Shown: one piece after another, positions 63,878 through 64,000 of the stretch
Layout of the letters: every line of letters starts with the position of its first letter
How positions within the stretch are numbered: position 1 is the stretch's first letter
IMG/VR virus record: IMGVR_UViG_3300027896_000028
Direction: 5' to 3' (one strand)
Length of the DNA: 64,000 nt
Origin: a virus
Lineage: Duplodnaviria > Heunggongvirae > Uroviricota > Caudoviricetes
Position numbers and translations under genes: made by a program
The notes under the pieces: model-generated
Databases searched by the model: none
What the model saw: the letters and a program-made list of their open reading frames with translations, nothing else
What the model was told of the DNA's origin: nothing

Positions 63878-64000
63878 TGGAGCGGCCGAAGGACTTTCAC
63901 CTCATCAATCGGGTATAAACCGATTATCTTATATACTTCAGAGCCCAAGCCGGGTCACCGGTACGTTGGCCCACGTGTATTATTAGACGATTACCGCATA
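63878..64000 (-). other. partial class II tRNA-like gene (3' end with CCA and a long variable arm); 5' end beyond the window
   Basis: The minus strand ends ...ATCGG-TTTATAC-CCGAT...GAGG-TGAAAGT-CCTT-CGGCCGC-T-CCA. The anticodon could not be assigned. Confidence 0.3.

Overview
This window is an AT-rich (~37% GC), densely coded stretch of what looks like a large dsDNA bacteriophage or phage-like element. Most genes sit on the minus strand, except a 12.2-22.5 kb plus-strand block of large repeat-rich, fiber-like proteins. Most genes lack a Shine-Dalgarno sequence, which points to a Bacteroidota-type host (inference). Recognisable content, roughly in order: (1) an NAD+/ADP-ribose cluster at 0.6-6.1 kb (HIT hydrolase, NAMPT-family enzyme, NADAR, PRPP-synthetase-like enzyme, nucleoside 2-deoxyribosyltransferase-like protein), with a Macro-domain protein, metallophosphoesterases and a HAD phosphatase further along. 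(2) T7-type ATP-dependent DNA ligase, a SAM methyltransferase, a 4Fe-4S ferredoxin and DHFR. (3) A GC-rich type IV pilin-like moron with a strong SD and a GC-rich terminator. (4) Five large plus-strand proteins with N-terminal signal-peptide-like segments, tandem repeats and an autotransporter-like beta-helix. (5) A four-gene glycosyltransferase cluster. (6) A BCS1-like membrane AAA ATPase. (7) Three paralogous YadA-head-like repeat fiber proteins interrupted by a sulfotransferase. (8) A DraRnl-like RNA ligase, a QueD-like enzyme, an SPFH protein, a YopX protein, several HNH endonucleases and two Vsr/DUF559-like endonucleases. (9) A MoxR-type AAA ATPase with a VWA/zinc-metallopeptidase partner, and a DenV-like pyrimidine-dimer glycosylase. 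(10) At least about 20 minus-strand tRNA or tRNA-like genes (51.7-64.0 kb plus one at 24.5 kb). All encode CCA; many have non-canonical D and T loops (no G18G19, a T-G-C T-loop) and G1-U72 pairs. They are interleaved with tRNA half-fragments, a chimera and homing endonuclease genes. All tRNA structure calls were made by eye and need tRNAscan-SE, Aragorn or Infernal confirmation.
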